Source: Candidatus Bathyarchaeota archaeon | GTDB lineage: Archaea; Thermoproteota; Bathyarchaeia; Bathyarchaeales; Bathycorpusculaceae | Length of the DNA: 64,000 bases | Assembly (NCBI GenBank): GCA_963720565.1 | Contig: CAVRFW010000009.1 | Coordinates: forward strand, 416,001 to 480,000 | Reading direction: 5' to 3' | Shown: positions 1 to 11,046 of the stretch, piece after piece | Position numbering within the stretch: position 1 is the first letter of the stretch | Layout: each line of letters opens with the position of its first letter | Notes under the pieces: generated by a model | What the model was told of the DNA's origin: nothing | Databases searched by the model: none | Seen by the model: the letters and a program-made list of their open reading frames with translations, nothing else | Position numbers and translations under genes: made by a program

Positions 1-12
1 AACATCAGCATC

Positions 13-1023
13 GTGATATCTGTTTTGCCTTTGTTTTTCCTAGTAATCCGCTTAGTTCTAGCTTTAGCAGCGGATCTCAAGGGTTGGAGTCGATTTTACC
101 TCTTGCTAAACTGGCCTGCAAGCATAATATCGACGTTGATTTATTTCGTTGCAACATCCGTTCCCGTCTTTCTCTTGGGAAAAGTGGTTGAAGCAATCAG
201 AGAATCGTCCTACTGGGCTGTAAATCGGACAGCCATTTTTTCCTTATCTCCGGGACGAGAGGAAAAAGAAGCTACAAGAAACACTGCTGTTTTACTGCTT
301 TCAACAGCTATAGGCAGCGCAGTGGCAGGCCTCGGGCTGTCATATATTGGATCTCCGCATACGCTAACCATTTTTGTCGTGGTTTCCGCCTTGATTGGGG
401 TTCCTGCTGCGATGCTGTGGAAGATTCCAAAACAGAATCAGGTTACTTCTTCCAGAGTGAAGACTCTAATCAATTTAAGAGGCCGAGGCAGAATGTTCTG
501 GTTTGTTTCACTGATAATGCTCTTTTACAGCTTGGCTAGATACCCGCTGATTACTCTGCTCCTGCCAGTTTTCATGTCTCAGCAATTGGGCTTAAGCTAC
601 ACTACGATAGGACTAGCCTTCATGCTCTACAATGTCATAGCATCAATCGTAGTTGTTATCACTTTGAGATTTTCACTCAGCGCTAAACGAGCAATACTGC
701 AAAGCCTTATTGCTCTCCTTGCCTCGGTGTTTATGGCTATCTCAAACGGCTATTTCCTGCTGCTCTTTTTCGCGTTAGCTTTTACAGAAGGGCTTGGAAC
801 AGGTTTTTACGAATCCATAATTGCAAAAGCAACCAAGAAGGGATCAAGCGTGTCATTCGATATAGGACTACTACACTTGCCGAGGCGGTTTGCAGAGTTC
901 GCTTCTGTCCTGTATGCTGGAGCTATAGCTCAATTTGCCGGGTATCTGCCAGTCTTTGTCTTCTGCGGAGTTTTCTTCGCTATCTTCTCTTTTCTATCGT
1001 TACATTTCCTCAAAAGCGCATGA
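13..1023 (+). CDS. MFS transporter (probably truncated at the window edge)
   Basis: Many hydrophobic helices with MFS-like spacing; the frame is open back to the window start. Confidence 0.75.
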   Translation: MISVLPLFFLVIRLVLALAADLKGWSRFYLLLNWPASIISTLIYFVATSVPVFLLGKVVEAIRESSYWAVNRTAIFSLSPGREEKEATRNTAVLLLSTAIGSAVAGLGLSYIGSPHTLTIFVVVSALIGVPAAMLWKIPKQNQVTSSRVKTLINLRGRGRMFWFVSLIMLFYSLARYPLITLLLPVFMSQQLGLSYTTIGLAFMLYNVIASIVVVITLRFSLSAKRAILQSLIALLASVFMAISNGYFLLLFFALAFTEGLGTGFYESIIAKATKKGSSVSFDIGLLHLPRRFAEFASVLYAGAIAQFAGYLPVFVFCGVFFAIFSFLSLHFLKSA

Positions 1024-1140
1024 AGTATGCACCAAGCCAACTGCTATTAACATTCAACATCTGGATAGTGGATTGTTCGCCTCAGTGGACAACTTAATAG
1101 TTTGATGCTTCTATACCTTAATCATTTAGGCCGTGAAGAA

Positions 1141-1842
1141 ATGTCCGCAAGCAAAATAAGAGGTAAACCAAGTGATTCTGGCAAAGGTAAGTCCAGTTCC
1201 AAACCCTACTCCGTCAAGCTCGTACCTGCAGAACTCCATCCTAAAAGGGAATCACTAGTTTCTTCAGGGACTTCAGGTGAAATTCACAATTGTGGTCAGT
1301 TGCTGGTGATTGTTGGCATGCCTGGTGCAGGAAAATCAGTGGTCGTAGAGCATCTTCACAGCAAGGGCTGGACCGTCGTGCACTTTGGGGGCATTACTAT
1401 GCGGGAACTGGAAAAGCGCAGTCTTGCCGTTAACGAATCAAACGAACGGGCAGTTAGGGAAGAGCTAAGAAGAACCTACGGGATGGCAGCTTTTGCCAAA
1501 CTTTCAATTGATGATGTAAGAAATGGTCTCGCAAAAGGCCCCACTGTAATTGACGGTTTGTACTCTTGGTCAGAGTACAAGTTCATCAGAAACGAGTTGT
1601 CCAAAAAATTATGTGTTATCGCAGTCTTTACGTCAAAACACATTCGCTATGAGAGGCTACTACACAGAGAAGTCCGTCCACTTTCCTACGAAGAAGCAGA
1701 AGCCCGCGATTTTGCAGAAATCGAGAACCTTGAAAAAGGTGGACCAATAGCAATGGCTGATTTCACCCTCCCCAATGACGGTTCCTTGAAAACACTCTAT
1801 TCAAACATCGACAAACTCTTGAATTCATTATCCCAAAAATAG
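1141..1842 (+). CDS. Archaeal P-loop kinase, dephospho-CoA kinase-like (UPF0200)
   Basis: Walker A GMPGAGKS, IDGLYSWSE, C-terminal EKGGPIAMAD. Confidence 0.75.
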   Translation: MSASKIRGKPSDSGKGKSSSKPYSVKLVPAELHPKRESLVSSGTSGEIHNCGQLLVIVGMPGAGKSVVVEHLHSKGWTVVHFGGITMRELEKRSLAVNESNERAVREELRRTYGMAAFAKLSIDDVRNGLAKGPTVIDGLYSWSEYKFIRNELSKKLCVIAVFTSKHIRYERLLHREVRPLSYEEAEARDFAEIENLEKGGPIAMADFTLPNDGSLKTLYSNIDKLLNSLSQK

Positions 1843-1932
1843 ATTGACAGCAGCGCGAATTGCGTTCCATGGTAATTTGAAAAAGCGGCTATTCGGGGAA
1901 TTGTTTTTATTGAACTCTTGATATTCTAAGAG

Positions 1933-1991
1933 AAGGAAAAAAGAAGGATTCGGTTCGGCTCACCTCCTACCGAGTCCTTTCTTTTTTCCTT
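1933..1991. terminator. ~22-bp stem hairpin between convergent genes (possible bidirectional terminator or structured RNA)
   Basis: AAGGAAAAAAGAAGGATTCGGT (1933-1954) pairs with ACCGAGTCCTTTCTTTTTTCCTT (1969-1991); loop TCGGCTCACCTCCT. Confidence 0.6.
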
Positions 1992-2150
1992 TTTGTGTGC
2001 TTATCCTCATTAATGCAGTTATTGTGTACACTCAATACAAGTAGTGAGTGGTTTTTGCTCAATCCAGTTTTGAACGTTTGTTCTTTAGGGAGAGTTTGTA
2101 GGCGCATTATGGCAGGCACAGGCACTTGTCGTTGCTGGCGAAACGGTGGC

Positions 2151-3377
2151 TTACAGAATGAATGGAATTACAGCAATCAGTAGTACAACCGTAATGAGCG
2201 TAACTGTGACTGCAATGGTTATTCTGTGGACGGTTTTTTCCCCTACCCTCCGACCCAATACGTACTCGAGCATAATATTGAACATTCTACCTCCGTCCAT
2301 AGGGTATATGGGCAGTGCATTGAATACTGCGACGTTAACGTTGACAAACCACAACCAAAATAAGATGTTTGCATAAACATGCCATGGCTCACCTAACCAA
2401 TGAGAATAGAGTGGTGCCGCTGAATCCGAGAAAGGCACTAGACCTGGAGCAAGTGCTGGTGGAACCAAGTAAAGGGAGAGGGATGAGAGGGAGAAATTCT
2501 GATAGTAACTTAATCGCTCTCTGGTCATCAACTCGCTCAAGTTGACTCCCATGATTGCGCGACCATCGGATTCAACCAGTTCTACAGAGGTGGAAAACAG
2601 GTTGTCCCACTTTTCTCCTCTGACCACTGTCAAGTTTATTTCGTCTCCAGGAATCTTGCTATCAAGCAAAGCCTTCAGCTGTTCATAATTGGAAATCTGG
2701 ACACCGTCAGCAGAGACAAAAACGTCTTTCGCCAATATCCCTGCTTGATCAGCGGGCATACCATCAATAACATCGTAAACGTAAACCCCGTCGACGACTG
2801 GGGTTAAACCGTTTACAATTAGGAGGACACCAAGAATGCATACCACGGCTACGACAATGTTTGCACCTACCCCTGCAGCCATTACTCTCAAGGAGTTCCT
2901 CGGTCTAGCTCTGGCGATCTGCGTTTCATCAACGTCAACAAAAGCGCCTATGGGAATGAAGATTAGAAAAAGGAGACCGCTTGATTTTACTCTTAAACCT
3001 AAATTCCTTGCGATAACGCCATGTGCTATTTCGTGAATCGTCATTGCACAGATAATTGCGAGCCAACCGTAGAATACTGGAAGAACAGGATTTATGCCTG
3101 GTAGTAGAAGATAGGCTCCTGGACCGAGTGTGCGACTTATTTCTCTGACTGCGGGTGCTCCCAAAACTGTAACCAGGCTACTAAAGAGCATGAAAAGGCC
3201 TATTCCAGCTACGATTGGGACAATTATCGGCGATAGCCAAGACAGTGCTCCTGAAATTCGTAACGCGCCAAATCTGTTAAAAAACCCTGTAAGCTTCTGT
3301 GTTCTGAGCGTCAAAATGGGAAAACTGAATTCAATTGCACTCTGTTTCTCTTCATTCTGTATTGCTGCATCGCTCAA
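2151..3377 (-). CDS. Site-2 protease (M50) with PDZ domain
   Basis: HEIAH, GAFVD and FNALPIYPMDGG motifs, with a central PDZ-like segment. Confidence 0.93.
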   Translation of the reverse strand: MSDAAIQNEEKQSAIEFSFPILTLRTQKLTGFFNRFGALRISGALSWLSPIIVPIVAGIGLFMLFSSLVTVLGAPAVREISRTLGPGAYLLLPGINPVLPVFYGWLAIICAMTIHEIAHGVIARNLGLRVKSSGLLFLIFIPIGAFVDVDETQIARARPRNSLRVMAAGVGANIVVAVVCILGVLLIVNGLTPVVDGVYVYDVIDGMPADQAGILAKDVFVSADGVQISNYEQLKALLDSKIPGDEINLTVVRGEKWDNLFSTSVELVESDGRAIMGVNLSELMTRERLSYYQNFSLSSLSLYLVPPALAPGLVPFSDSAAPLYSHWLGEPWHVYANILFWLWFVNVNVAVFNALPIYPMDGGRMFNIMLEYVLGRRVGEKTVHRITIAVTVTLITVVLLIAVIPFIL

Positions 3378-3670
3378 CGATTACATCATACCTTTACGCT
3401 TCAAACATGCCGCACCCAAAGATATAGGCTTCGCAGTATTTCACTACAAATCTACCATTCTCTATAAAACTATACCTGGACTAATTCGGAAAAGACCTTG
3501 AGCACAGATTTTGTGCTAGCAATGGCAAAAATAATTTTCCATACATGCATTTCAATAAATGGATGTACGAGTGTTTGCTATCGAATCGTTGTTGACCAAA
3601 AGAAAAATGAAAAGATGTAAAAGATACAATAATTCAAATGTTTTCAAGCTGCTAGGTCAAGGGAAGGTTC

Positions 3671-4468
3671 ATGACTAAAGTCTATTATTCCGAGAAACTG
3701 GGACGAAGAGCCTTTGCCTTAAGAATTCTAGAGGTTTTCAAAAAGCCCCTGGAAAAGGCTGAGAAAGTTTTCGTTAAGCCGAATATCGTGTCCTACGAGA
3801 CTTATCCAACAACCACTCATCCCGAAATTCTTGACGCTGTTCTGGGGGGCTTAGGAAATCGCAACATAGTTGTTGGTGATGCTCCGGCAGTAGACGCAGG
3901 TAGGTCTAAGAAAATCATGGAGAAATCTCCACTTAGAGAAATCTGCTTATCGCATGGGGTTAGTTTTGTAAACCTATACTCAGAGAAGATGACAAGTATA
4001 GAAAGCGAGAGGGGTTACCGACTTAGAATGTCCGCCTTACCTTTAGCTTGCGATCTCGTTATTTCTCTTCCTGTCTTAAAAGTTCATTTTATGTGCGGTT
4101 TGAGCGGAGCATTGAAGAATCAGTTTGGCTACCTAAGTCGGACAGATAGAATCTTGATGCACAGCCGAATCAAGAATATCGATAAAGGCATTGCAGAGTT
4201 GAATAAAGCTGTTCCAACGAGTATCTACATCGTAGATGCAGTGGAAACTATGGTGAAAGCCCAAGAATGTCGACACGGTGGATGTCCAACTGATTTAGGA
4301 GTTATGCTTGGTGGAACTGACCCCGTGAGCTTAGACTGTTATGGTCTTCAATTGCTTGAGAGGGTCGAACCAGCCTTTAAGGAAATGAAACAAAAATGTT
4401 TAAAGTACATTGACTACGCTTCGGAGATAGGTGTCGGCAGCAAAGACTTCGAATTAACAAAACTCTAA
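3671..4468 (+). CDS. DUF362 domain protein
   Basis: VFVKPNIV, TTTHPE, ISLPVLKVH, GALKNQFG, DPVSLD. Confidence 0.85.
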   Translation: MTKVYYSEKLGRRAFALRILEVFKKPLEKAEKVFVKPNIVSYETYPTTTHPEILDAVLGGLGNRNIVVGDAPAVDAGRSKKIMEKSPLREICLSHGVSFVNLYSEKMTSIESERGYRLRMSALPLACDLVISLPVLKVHFMCGLSGALKNQFGYLSRTDRILMHSRIKNIDKGIAELNKAVPTSIYIVDAVETMVKAQECRHGGCPTDLGVMLGGTDPVSLDCYGLQLLERVEPAFKEMKQKCLKYIDYASEIGVGSKDFELTKL

Positions 4469-4472
4469 CCTT

Positions 4473-5702
4473 TCAATTATCGTTGCCTTTTCCAGCAGAA
4501 ACGAGGAGTGCCATGAGGTATTCATTTTCTACTAGGCCAAATGCGCCTTTCTTCGCAGAGAACTCGTCAAACTTGCGAACACCATCCGAGTCCAAAAAGG
4601 GAGAACGGATGGCAAACGGCACTGGGTCTCTGGTATGCGTTCCAATCCTTATCGGAGTGGCGTGATCTGGTAGCACCGCAATTGCATATGGTTCTTTCAA
4701 ACCACTTAGAATTCTGCCTACTACCTTCTTGTCGAAGTCTTCTATTGCCTTAATTTTTAAGTTGACGTCTTTCTCATGTCCCGCTTCATCGGGAGCTTCA
4801 ACATGCACGAAGACCAAGTCATTTTCCTCAAGAGCTTTGAGTGCGGCGTCTGCTTTGCCTTCATAATTCGTGTCATACAAGCCTGTGGCTCCAGGAACAC
4901 TAATTATCTTCATTCCAGCATAGATTCCGATTCCTTTCACCAAATCAACAGCTGATATTACTGCTGCATCCAAACCGTATTTCTTCTTGAATGAAGGCAA
5001 GGACGGTTTCCTGCCTCCTCCCCAAGGCCAAATCATGTTTCCAGGCTTCTTGCCTGCTTTTTGTCGGGCAATGTTGACGGGATGGGATTCCAGAACCCTT
5101 TTTGACTCAAGAATTTTTTCTTTCAGCAGTGATGTTGTCTTCTCTGCTTCTTCCGACTTGGTTTTCGGAAGTATGTTTGAGATATAGGCGCCTATTGCGT
5201 CATGGGGTGGTGTGCACTCAACCAGATTGGAAAAGGGGGAATTCCGCAGAATAAGAAAATGTCTGTAGTCCAGCCCGGAGAAAAACTCAAGTCCATCAGT
5301 TTTCAGGGAAACTTGTAAAGCTCCTATTAGTGAGGAAGCTTCTCTGCTGGTAATGTGGCCGGCAGAGTAATCAACCAGAACTCCGTCATTCTCTGTTACC
5401 AAGTTGCATCTGAAAGCCATATCGTTTTGTCTCAACTTGATTCCTCTCGCAGCAGCTTCGAAAGGTCCCCTGCCTGTGTAAAACCGCTTAGGATCGTATC
5501 CTAGCACCGAAAGAATTGCAACATCAGAGCCGGGGTTCAAGTCTTCGGGCACAGTTCTAAGGAGACCATTTTTTCCATTAGCTGCCACCGCGTTCAAGTT
5601 GGGCGTATTTGCTTTTTGAAGGGGAGTCAAATTTCCAAGTTCAGGGATAGGATAATCAGCCATTCCATCCCCCACTATAAGCACATACTTCATTTTGCCC
5701 AT
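4473..5702 (-). CDS. apgM: Cofactor-independent phosphoglycerate mutase, archaeal type
   Basis: GDGMAD, TPLQ, GSDVA (catalytic Ser), [24 protein letters not shown]. Confidence 0.93.
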   Translation of the reverse strand: MGKMKYVLIVGDGMADYPIPELGNLTPLQKANTPNLNAVAANGKNGLLRTVPEDLNPGSDVAILSVLGYDPKRFYTGRGPFEAAARGIKLRQNDMAFRCNLVTENDGVLVDYSAGHITSREASSLIGALQVSLKTDGLEFFSGLDYRHFLILRNSPFSNLVECTPPHDAIGAYISNILPKTKSEEAEKTTSLLKEKILESKRVLESHPVNIARQKAGKKPGNMIWPWGGGRKPSLPSFKKKYGLDAAVISAVDLVKGIGIYAGMKIISVPGATGLYDTNYEGKADAALKALEENDLVFVHVEAPDEAGHEKDVNLKIKAIEDFDKKVVGRILSGLKEPYAIAVLPDHATPIRIGTHTRDPVPFAIRSPFLDSDGVRKFDEFSAKKGAFGLVENEYLMALLVSAGKGNDN

Positions 5703-5886
5703 CTTACTCTTACCTTGACCCTGTTTCCCAGCGGTGGTTAACAAGCCTTTCGATTTGCTTCCAAACGTATCCGCTTCTCCTATTTATCTACATTTTTCTG
5801 CCTTGCATGCGGTTAGTTTTCGATTAGTGTGAACCGAAAAAACTTAAGTGCTCACTACAACTTCTCCTAAAGAAAGAGGCTAAAAC

Positions 5887-7136
5887 ATGGAGCCTACAGC
5901 TAATCGGGAATCGTTTAGGCAGTATCTGTCTTTCCTTCTTGGCCAGCAGTTCTCGTTGCTTGGTTCGTCAGTCGTCCAATTCGCCATAATTTGGTGGATA
6001 ACCATCGAAACTGGCAATCCACTCTATCTGTCTCTCGCAGCTCTAGTAGGCTTTGCTCCAATTGTAGTCTTGGCGCCTTTCACTGGTGTGCTTGTTGACC
6101 GTTTGAATCGCAAGACTGTAATAATGTTGGCTGATTTCTGCCAGTCACTAGCTACAATTGGTCTTATACTTGTTTTCTGGCTTAATTTTGTTTCAATCTA
6201 TGTTGTTCTGGTGCTCCTTACTGTTCGGGGGATTTTCCAGGCTTTTCATGCACCAGCTGTGTCTGCAATTGTACCATCAATGGTGCCTAAAGACAAACTG
6301 AGCCGAATCAATGGCCTTGAATACGTCTTGAACGGCGCAGTCCAACTTGGGGGCCCCATCATCGCGGCGCTTCTGCTGTCTTTCGTTGATATTGAACAAG
6401 TGCTTTGGATTGACCCAATCACCTTCTGCGTGGCCATCGCAGTCTTGATTTTCATCCGAATACCCTCTGTGAGGGAGCACACTGAGAGGTCTTCTTTCAA
6501 GAATGATTTTTTGGAAGGTCTCTCGTATGTAAAAGCTGTGCGAGGATTGATTCCGCTGATATTTCTAGCCACAGCACTCAACTTCTTGATAACACCTTTT
6601 TCCACCCTTCTTCCTTACTTTGTCAGATTTAGTCACTCCGGAGGTGTCGGTGATTTGGCTTTGGTAGAGGCCTTCCTTCAAGGGGGGTTTTTTGCGGGCG
6701 GCGCGGTTATGCTCTTGACAAAGGGCTTCAGTAACAAAATTGCAGCGTTTACGGGGTCGATACTTGTCGCTTTTGTTGGGTATGCAGCTATTTCTTTCAC
6801 TCCTACGGGATATTTCTTGTTCATGGCTGCTGCAGCTCTTGTCTTCACTGTGCCTATTCCAATAGCAAATGTTTCAGTTAGAACGGTTCTTCAAACAGTT
6901 GTCCCTCTAGAAATGCAGGGTCGAGTAATGTCCGTTGTAATCTCGCTATCATCGCTTGCGACGCCACTAGGTATGATTCTTTCCGGTGTTTTTGCAACAT
7001 ACGTGGAACATCAAATCTATTTTTGGCGTGCGCTTTAACGGGAATGGTAGTGACCGTTTCATCCTGGTACCTCACAGGCATTCGACATGTTGAGAATATG
7101 CAGGAAAGAAGAGAGTCAACTATGCAAAGAACTTAA
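5887..7136 (+). CDS. MFS transporter (DHA3/MefA-like), frameshift near 7005
   Basis: GQQFSLLGSS, DRLNRK, QGRV; the last TM helix (GTSNLFLACAL...) continues in another frame to TAA at 7136. Confidence 0.85.
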
Positions 7137-7162
7137 AAACAGATCATGACAACTCCTAAAGC

Positions 7163-7927
7163 ATGAGCGACGGAAACATACCTCCACCTCCACGATTTCC
7201 CGTTTTTCCACCAAGACGCCCACCACAAATGCCGCCCCGAACTAGGCCACCCCCTACCAAACAACCCGTCACGAAACAACCTATCAAGCAGGAACCTGCA
7301 AAGCAACAACCAACTGGACCAATTCCCAGTCGTTTTCCCTTCAAAGTTGGAATATCTGTGTTTGGCACTCCCTCTTACTTCAATATCGACGATGCAATAT
7401 CCGAATTCCAGAATTTCGTTCAAGCAAACAGCAAACTAGACCTGAAAATTACTATAACCAAGCATCCGAGACTGGCGCCGGATGAGATTCACGTTATACC
7501 TGGAACAGGCGGACGCTCATTTGCTGACCCCAAATATCTAAAACCGGAAACACGCGCAAAACTGCCATCTGACGCTGCTGTAAAAATAGCAATATATGAC
7601 CTGCAAAACACAACCACTTATTGGGGAGGAGCGACCTATCCGGCCTCAACTCTGATAAACGTACCCTATATCGGAATTCCATTCGGAGAATCTATAAGAA
7701 GTTGGGGAGTAGAAGCCAACTGGAAAACGCGAACAGCAACAGCCCTAGTTCATGAATTCTATCATGCAATCAAGCAAATCCTAACACGGAAAGGACACAA
7801 ACTGCCAAACCCTGACAAAGCAAACGATTATGGATACACTACCGCAAACGACCCTGGATGGATCAGATTCGACAAGTATCTCTATGGGCAGCTCACAGAT
7901 GCCATGTATCTATCATTGATCCAATAA
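7163..7927 (+). CDS. Hypothetical protein with Pro-rich N-terminus and HExxH zincin-like motif
   Basis: 254-aa ORF containing LVHEFYHA. Confidence 0.65.
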   Translation: MSDGNIPPPPRFPVFPPRRPPQMPPRTRPPPTKQPVTKQPIKQEPAKQQPTGPIPSRFPFKVGISVFGTPSYFNIDDAISEFQNFVQANSKLDLKITITKHPRLAPDEIHVIPGTGGRSFADPKYLKPETRAKLPSDAAVKIAIYDLQNTTTYWGGATYPASTLINVPYIGIPFGESIRSWGVEANWKTRTATALVHEFYHAIKQILTRKGHKLPNPDKANDYGYTTANDPGWIRFDKYLYGQLTDAMYLSLIQ

Positions 7928-8524
7928 CTGTCGGTCGAAAAGGTTGCGTTTAGAAGTCTTAGCAGACCGACAATTGGATATCGGAGGAACAAAGTTAATT
8001 TTGCATTTCGAGTGGAAACTCTGGCGACTGACTCATCTGTTCAAATACTGTTCAAACAGAACTCGAAATTGCAAAGTTGTCGAGCAACAAGACTTCTATT
8101 TACTTAACATAATAGAAAAATTCTATGTCATCTCACAAAGAAACTCTCAGCGAGGATATTTTCATCAAAGAACTTGACAAGAGAAAACAGGCAAAAATTC
8201 GAAGAGTCCGTCTTGGCATTCTTGCGAAAGAGAAGAAGCGTTGACGGTAATGTGTACACAACTGAAAAAATCGCAAAATAAACTGGCTTGAGTGTTCATT
8301 CGGTAGGGTTTGTGCTGAAAACAGGTCTCTTGTACAAGAAATGGGTTGAATGGGTCGAACACAAAGGCGTTGACTATTTCAGAGCCACATCATAAAGCTC
8401 TTCAGGTAGTCAACTAAATACTATAACCAAGAATTATTGCAAGTTGAGACTCAGCTTCAGCCAAAATTCAGTTCATCCACAGGTATGGTCATTGTCTACT
8501 TTTGAATAGTATGCGAATTTATTG

Positions 8525-9665
8525 TTAAGCCAGGATTCCGTTCTTCATTATTTCTGTTGTTTTGCCGTCAGAGAATGATACAGTAATTGTCGGTTTGTCA
8601 ACTAGCAAGTCAACGTGGCATCTGATGTTGCCTGGAGCCAAATGGCATGTTCCTCTTAGTTTCTCATCTTCCAGCATGTTCCCGGTTATTCTCGCTTTGT
8701 CGTTTAGGCCTATTCCAACTTCCTCGAGAACTGTTGGCAAACCATATTTCTTCTGGGAAAACGTTATGTCTTCTTTGATGCAATCAAGAGCTCTATCTTC
8801 GCATTGAATATTCGGTTAAGATGCCATTTTTGAACTGGGCGATTATCGGCATGTCTGGGTTTATTTTTCCTGCGTAGCCACCGGCTGTAACGTCACAGAC
8901 CACCCTGCCATTTGCCTTTTGTCTAACAGGGTAATGGTGGTGTTCTTCTTTCCCGTTTTCCTTGTTTAGCAGCGTGATGATTTCACTTTTTTCTGACCAC
9001 ACTTCACCGACAGGGAGGTTGCCAAATTTTCCAGGTTGACCGTAGACATTGGGGGGGACAATAATGCAGTCTGTGTCAAACTTGACTTCTTTTGGAACCT
9101 CTACTTCTATGTCTGTGCCTCTGGGTGCAGTTATTCGGATCTTCTCAGTGCCTTGCAGTTTCCGCAGCATAGTCTCTGCTTCCTCAGACATTTTTCTGTA
9201 GTTGCACTGGAGCGGACCGTTTATTGCCATGTCAAGTGTTATGCCTGGAGAATGCCCCCAACTTATGGGGATCTGTTCGATGGTCTGGTGAAGTAATTCT
9301 ATTCTAGCGCCAACCTCTTTCAGGTTCCATTCGGGATTATGGCTGTAGTCAAAGAGACCTATTCCAGCTGTCGGAGTGTTTTTTTGAAGTAGATCTAGAA
9401 GTTTTTTTGGAAAATGCTTGTAGGGTTTTTCTGCAGTTAAATCGAAGGTTTGTGTGCTTAGCTTGCAGTTCTCTGCTGCCTTCTGTGCTGCCTGCGAGAG
9501 TGCGGTCGAGTTTCGGTTCACAATAAGGTATTTGTCGTGGGGTTTTAGTTTTTGGCAGTGTTGCATGAATTCTTCAAATTTTTTGACGACTTTGTTGAAG
9601 TCTTTTTCGTCAATTTTAGACAACTCAAACAACCTCTCAGATAGTGTGCCCTTTGTAGCTTTCAA
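8525..9665 (-). CDS. M29-like aminopeptidase (2,5-dihydroxypyridine dioxygenase-like fold), frameshift near 8800
   Basis: SPGIT, GTDI, GNLPVGEV in the first part; EVGIGLN, LEDEKLRGTCHLAPG, HVD in the downstream frame. Confidence 0.8.
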
Positions 9666-9743
9666 TAGATAGGGTGCACGAAGTTAGAGTTAACATGATG
9701 TTACGGGTTCTGTGAAAGCCAAGATGCTCTGGTGAACGTTTGG

Positions 9744-10160
9744 TTATTCTCTTTGTCCGTATTTCTTCCTTTCGCATTCCGGACAGTATCTGTGTCTAAA
9801 TCCTCTTTTTGACTGGGCTTCGAAAAGTTTTCCGCAGCCACGACAAGGTCTTTGGTTAAGGGGTTGTGGTTCAAGTTGCTTCAGCCTTCTTTCAATTTCA
9901 GCTTTGATTTCGGAATCATCTTCCTTTCGCAAAGCACCGTTGAGCAACTTCTTGGCCAATTCTGAACTTTTTTCGCCAAACATTTTCACGAAAACGCTTG
10001 GCGCTTTGCCATCCGCACTCACTCGCAACGGGAGCATGCAAACAAAGTTCGCAGGATAATCTGATGCTCTCTCCAAGTCGACAACGGCAAAGCGAATGCG
10101 TTTCCCGGTTGAATAGTCCTTCAGATTATCGTGTTTAAAAATGTGTAAACTAGTCCTCAT
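9744..10160 (-). CDS. Hypothetical protein with C-terminal Zn finger
   Basis: CRGC...CPEC. Confidence 0.7.
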   Translation of the reverse strand: MRTSLHIFKHDNLKDYSTGKRIRFAVVDLERASDYPANFVCMLPLRVSADGKAPSVFVKMFGEKSSELAKKLLNGALRKEDDSEIKAEIERRLKQLEPQPLNQRPCRGCGKLFEAQSKRGFRHRYCPECERKKYGQRE

Positions 10161-10293
10161 TCTTATCCGTCATGAAGAAATGCGTTCCATTTGCTTAATA
10201 TGAGTTGCTGTTAGAACTCTTGTTTCTTGTTTCTTTAGAAAGCTGTTGGCTGTAACGGGCGTATCCAGGAACCGTAAGGGCGTTGTATCTTAC

Positions 10294-10884
10294 TTATCTG
10301 TTGTTCGAATGTTTCTCAGTCATATGTTGCCGGCGTCTCGTGAAAGTCAGCGCCAATAACAGAGCAGCTATGGCGACTACAGTAATGATTGTTGTTGATG
10401 GGAATTCGGGGATTTCTTGTTTGGAGACGTACAGACTCCAGTTGTAGGGAGTAAACTCGTTGTCGTATTCTTTTTTCAGCAAGTGCCCTGCCTGGAAGAG
10501 GGCTTCATTAACGTTAAGCAGGTGCGATGAATTGTGGTTGATGTAGATGATGCCGACAAGTCGGTTCCCATTGCCATGGTCGTCCCAAACATAGAGGTCG
10601 TCAATGTCTAAGTAGACAGATTCTCCGCTGACGAGGCCTCTAAGATATTCTCCAGATTCAGCGTATCCTTCCTCATATCTTTCGGGTGCATCAACATCCG
10701 CTAATCTAATTCTGTATTGCGTTCCATTCGACGCTGTCATATCGAATGTGTCTCCATCGATAACGTTGTTCGCGATGCCCTCAAGATCTATCTCAAGGTT
10801 ATGAATACCGGCAGCTGCGGGATAAAGAGCTGCAGGGAGCAGGAAAACTACAGTTACCAATCCGAGGATCTTAAAATTCCGCAT
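10294..10884 (-). CDS. Secreted thermonuclease (SNase) with PEF-CTERM sorting signal
   Basis: Signal peptide, VIDGDT, IRLADVDAPE, NEAL; C-terminal IPEFP + TM helix + RRR. Confidence 0.88.
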   Translation of the reverse strand: MRNFKILGLVTVVFLLPAALYPAAAGIHNLEIDLEGIANNVIDGDTFDMTASNGTQYRIRLADVDAPERYEEGYAESGEYLRGLVSGESVYLDIDDLYVWDDHGNGNRLVGIIYINHNSSHLLNVNEALFQAGHLLKKEYDNEFTPYNWSLYVSKQEIPEFPSTTIITVVAIAALLLALTFTRRRQHMTEKHSNNR

Positions 10885-11046
10885 TATCAGCATTTTTCTT
10901 ATCCTAACCTAATATTGGTTGCGGAGGATTGGTGAGAACCTGTTCAAACGAAAAACGATTTTTCAGATTAGCAGTTTCTGGAAGTGGTTTTTGAGGAGAA
11001 ATTTTTAATATGAAACACCCGACGTAATGCTAGGCGAGGATCAGAA

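Noticed and set aside
1960..1968. 16S rRNA 3' end
   Set aside because: Only the 9-nt TCACCTCCT matches; there is no upstream rRNA sequence
8125..8244. 39-aa basic ORF MSSHKETLSE...
   Set aside because: Too short and has no recognisable motif
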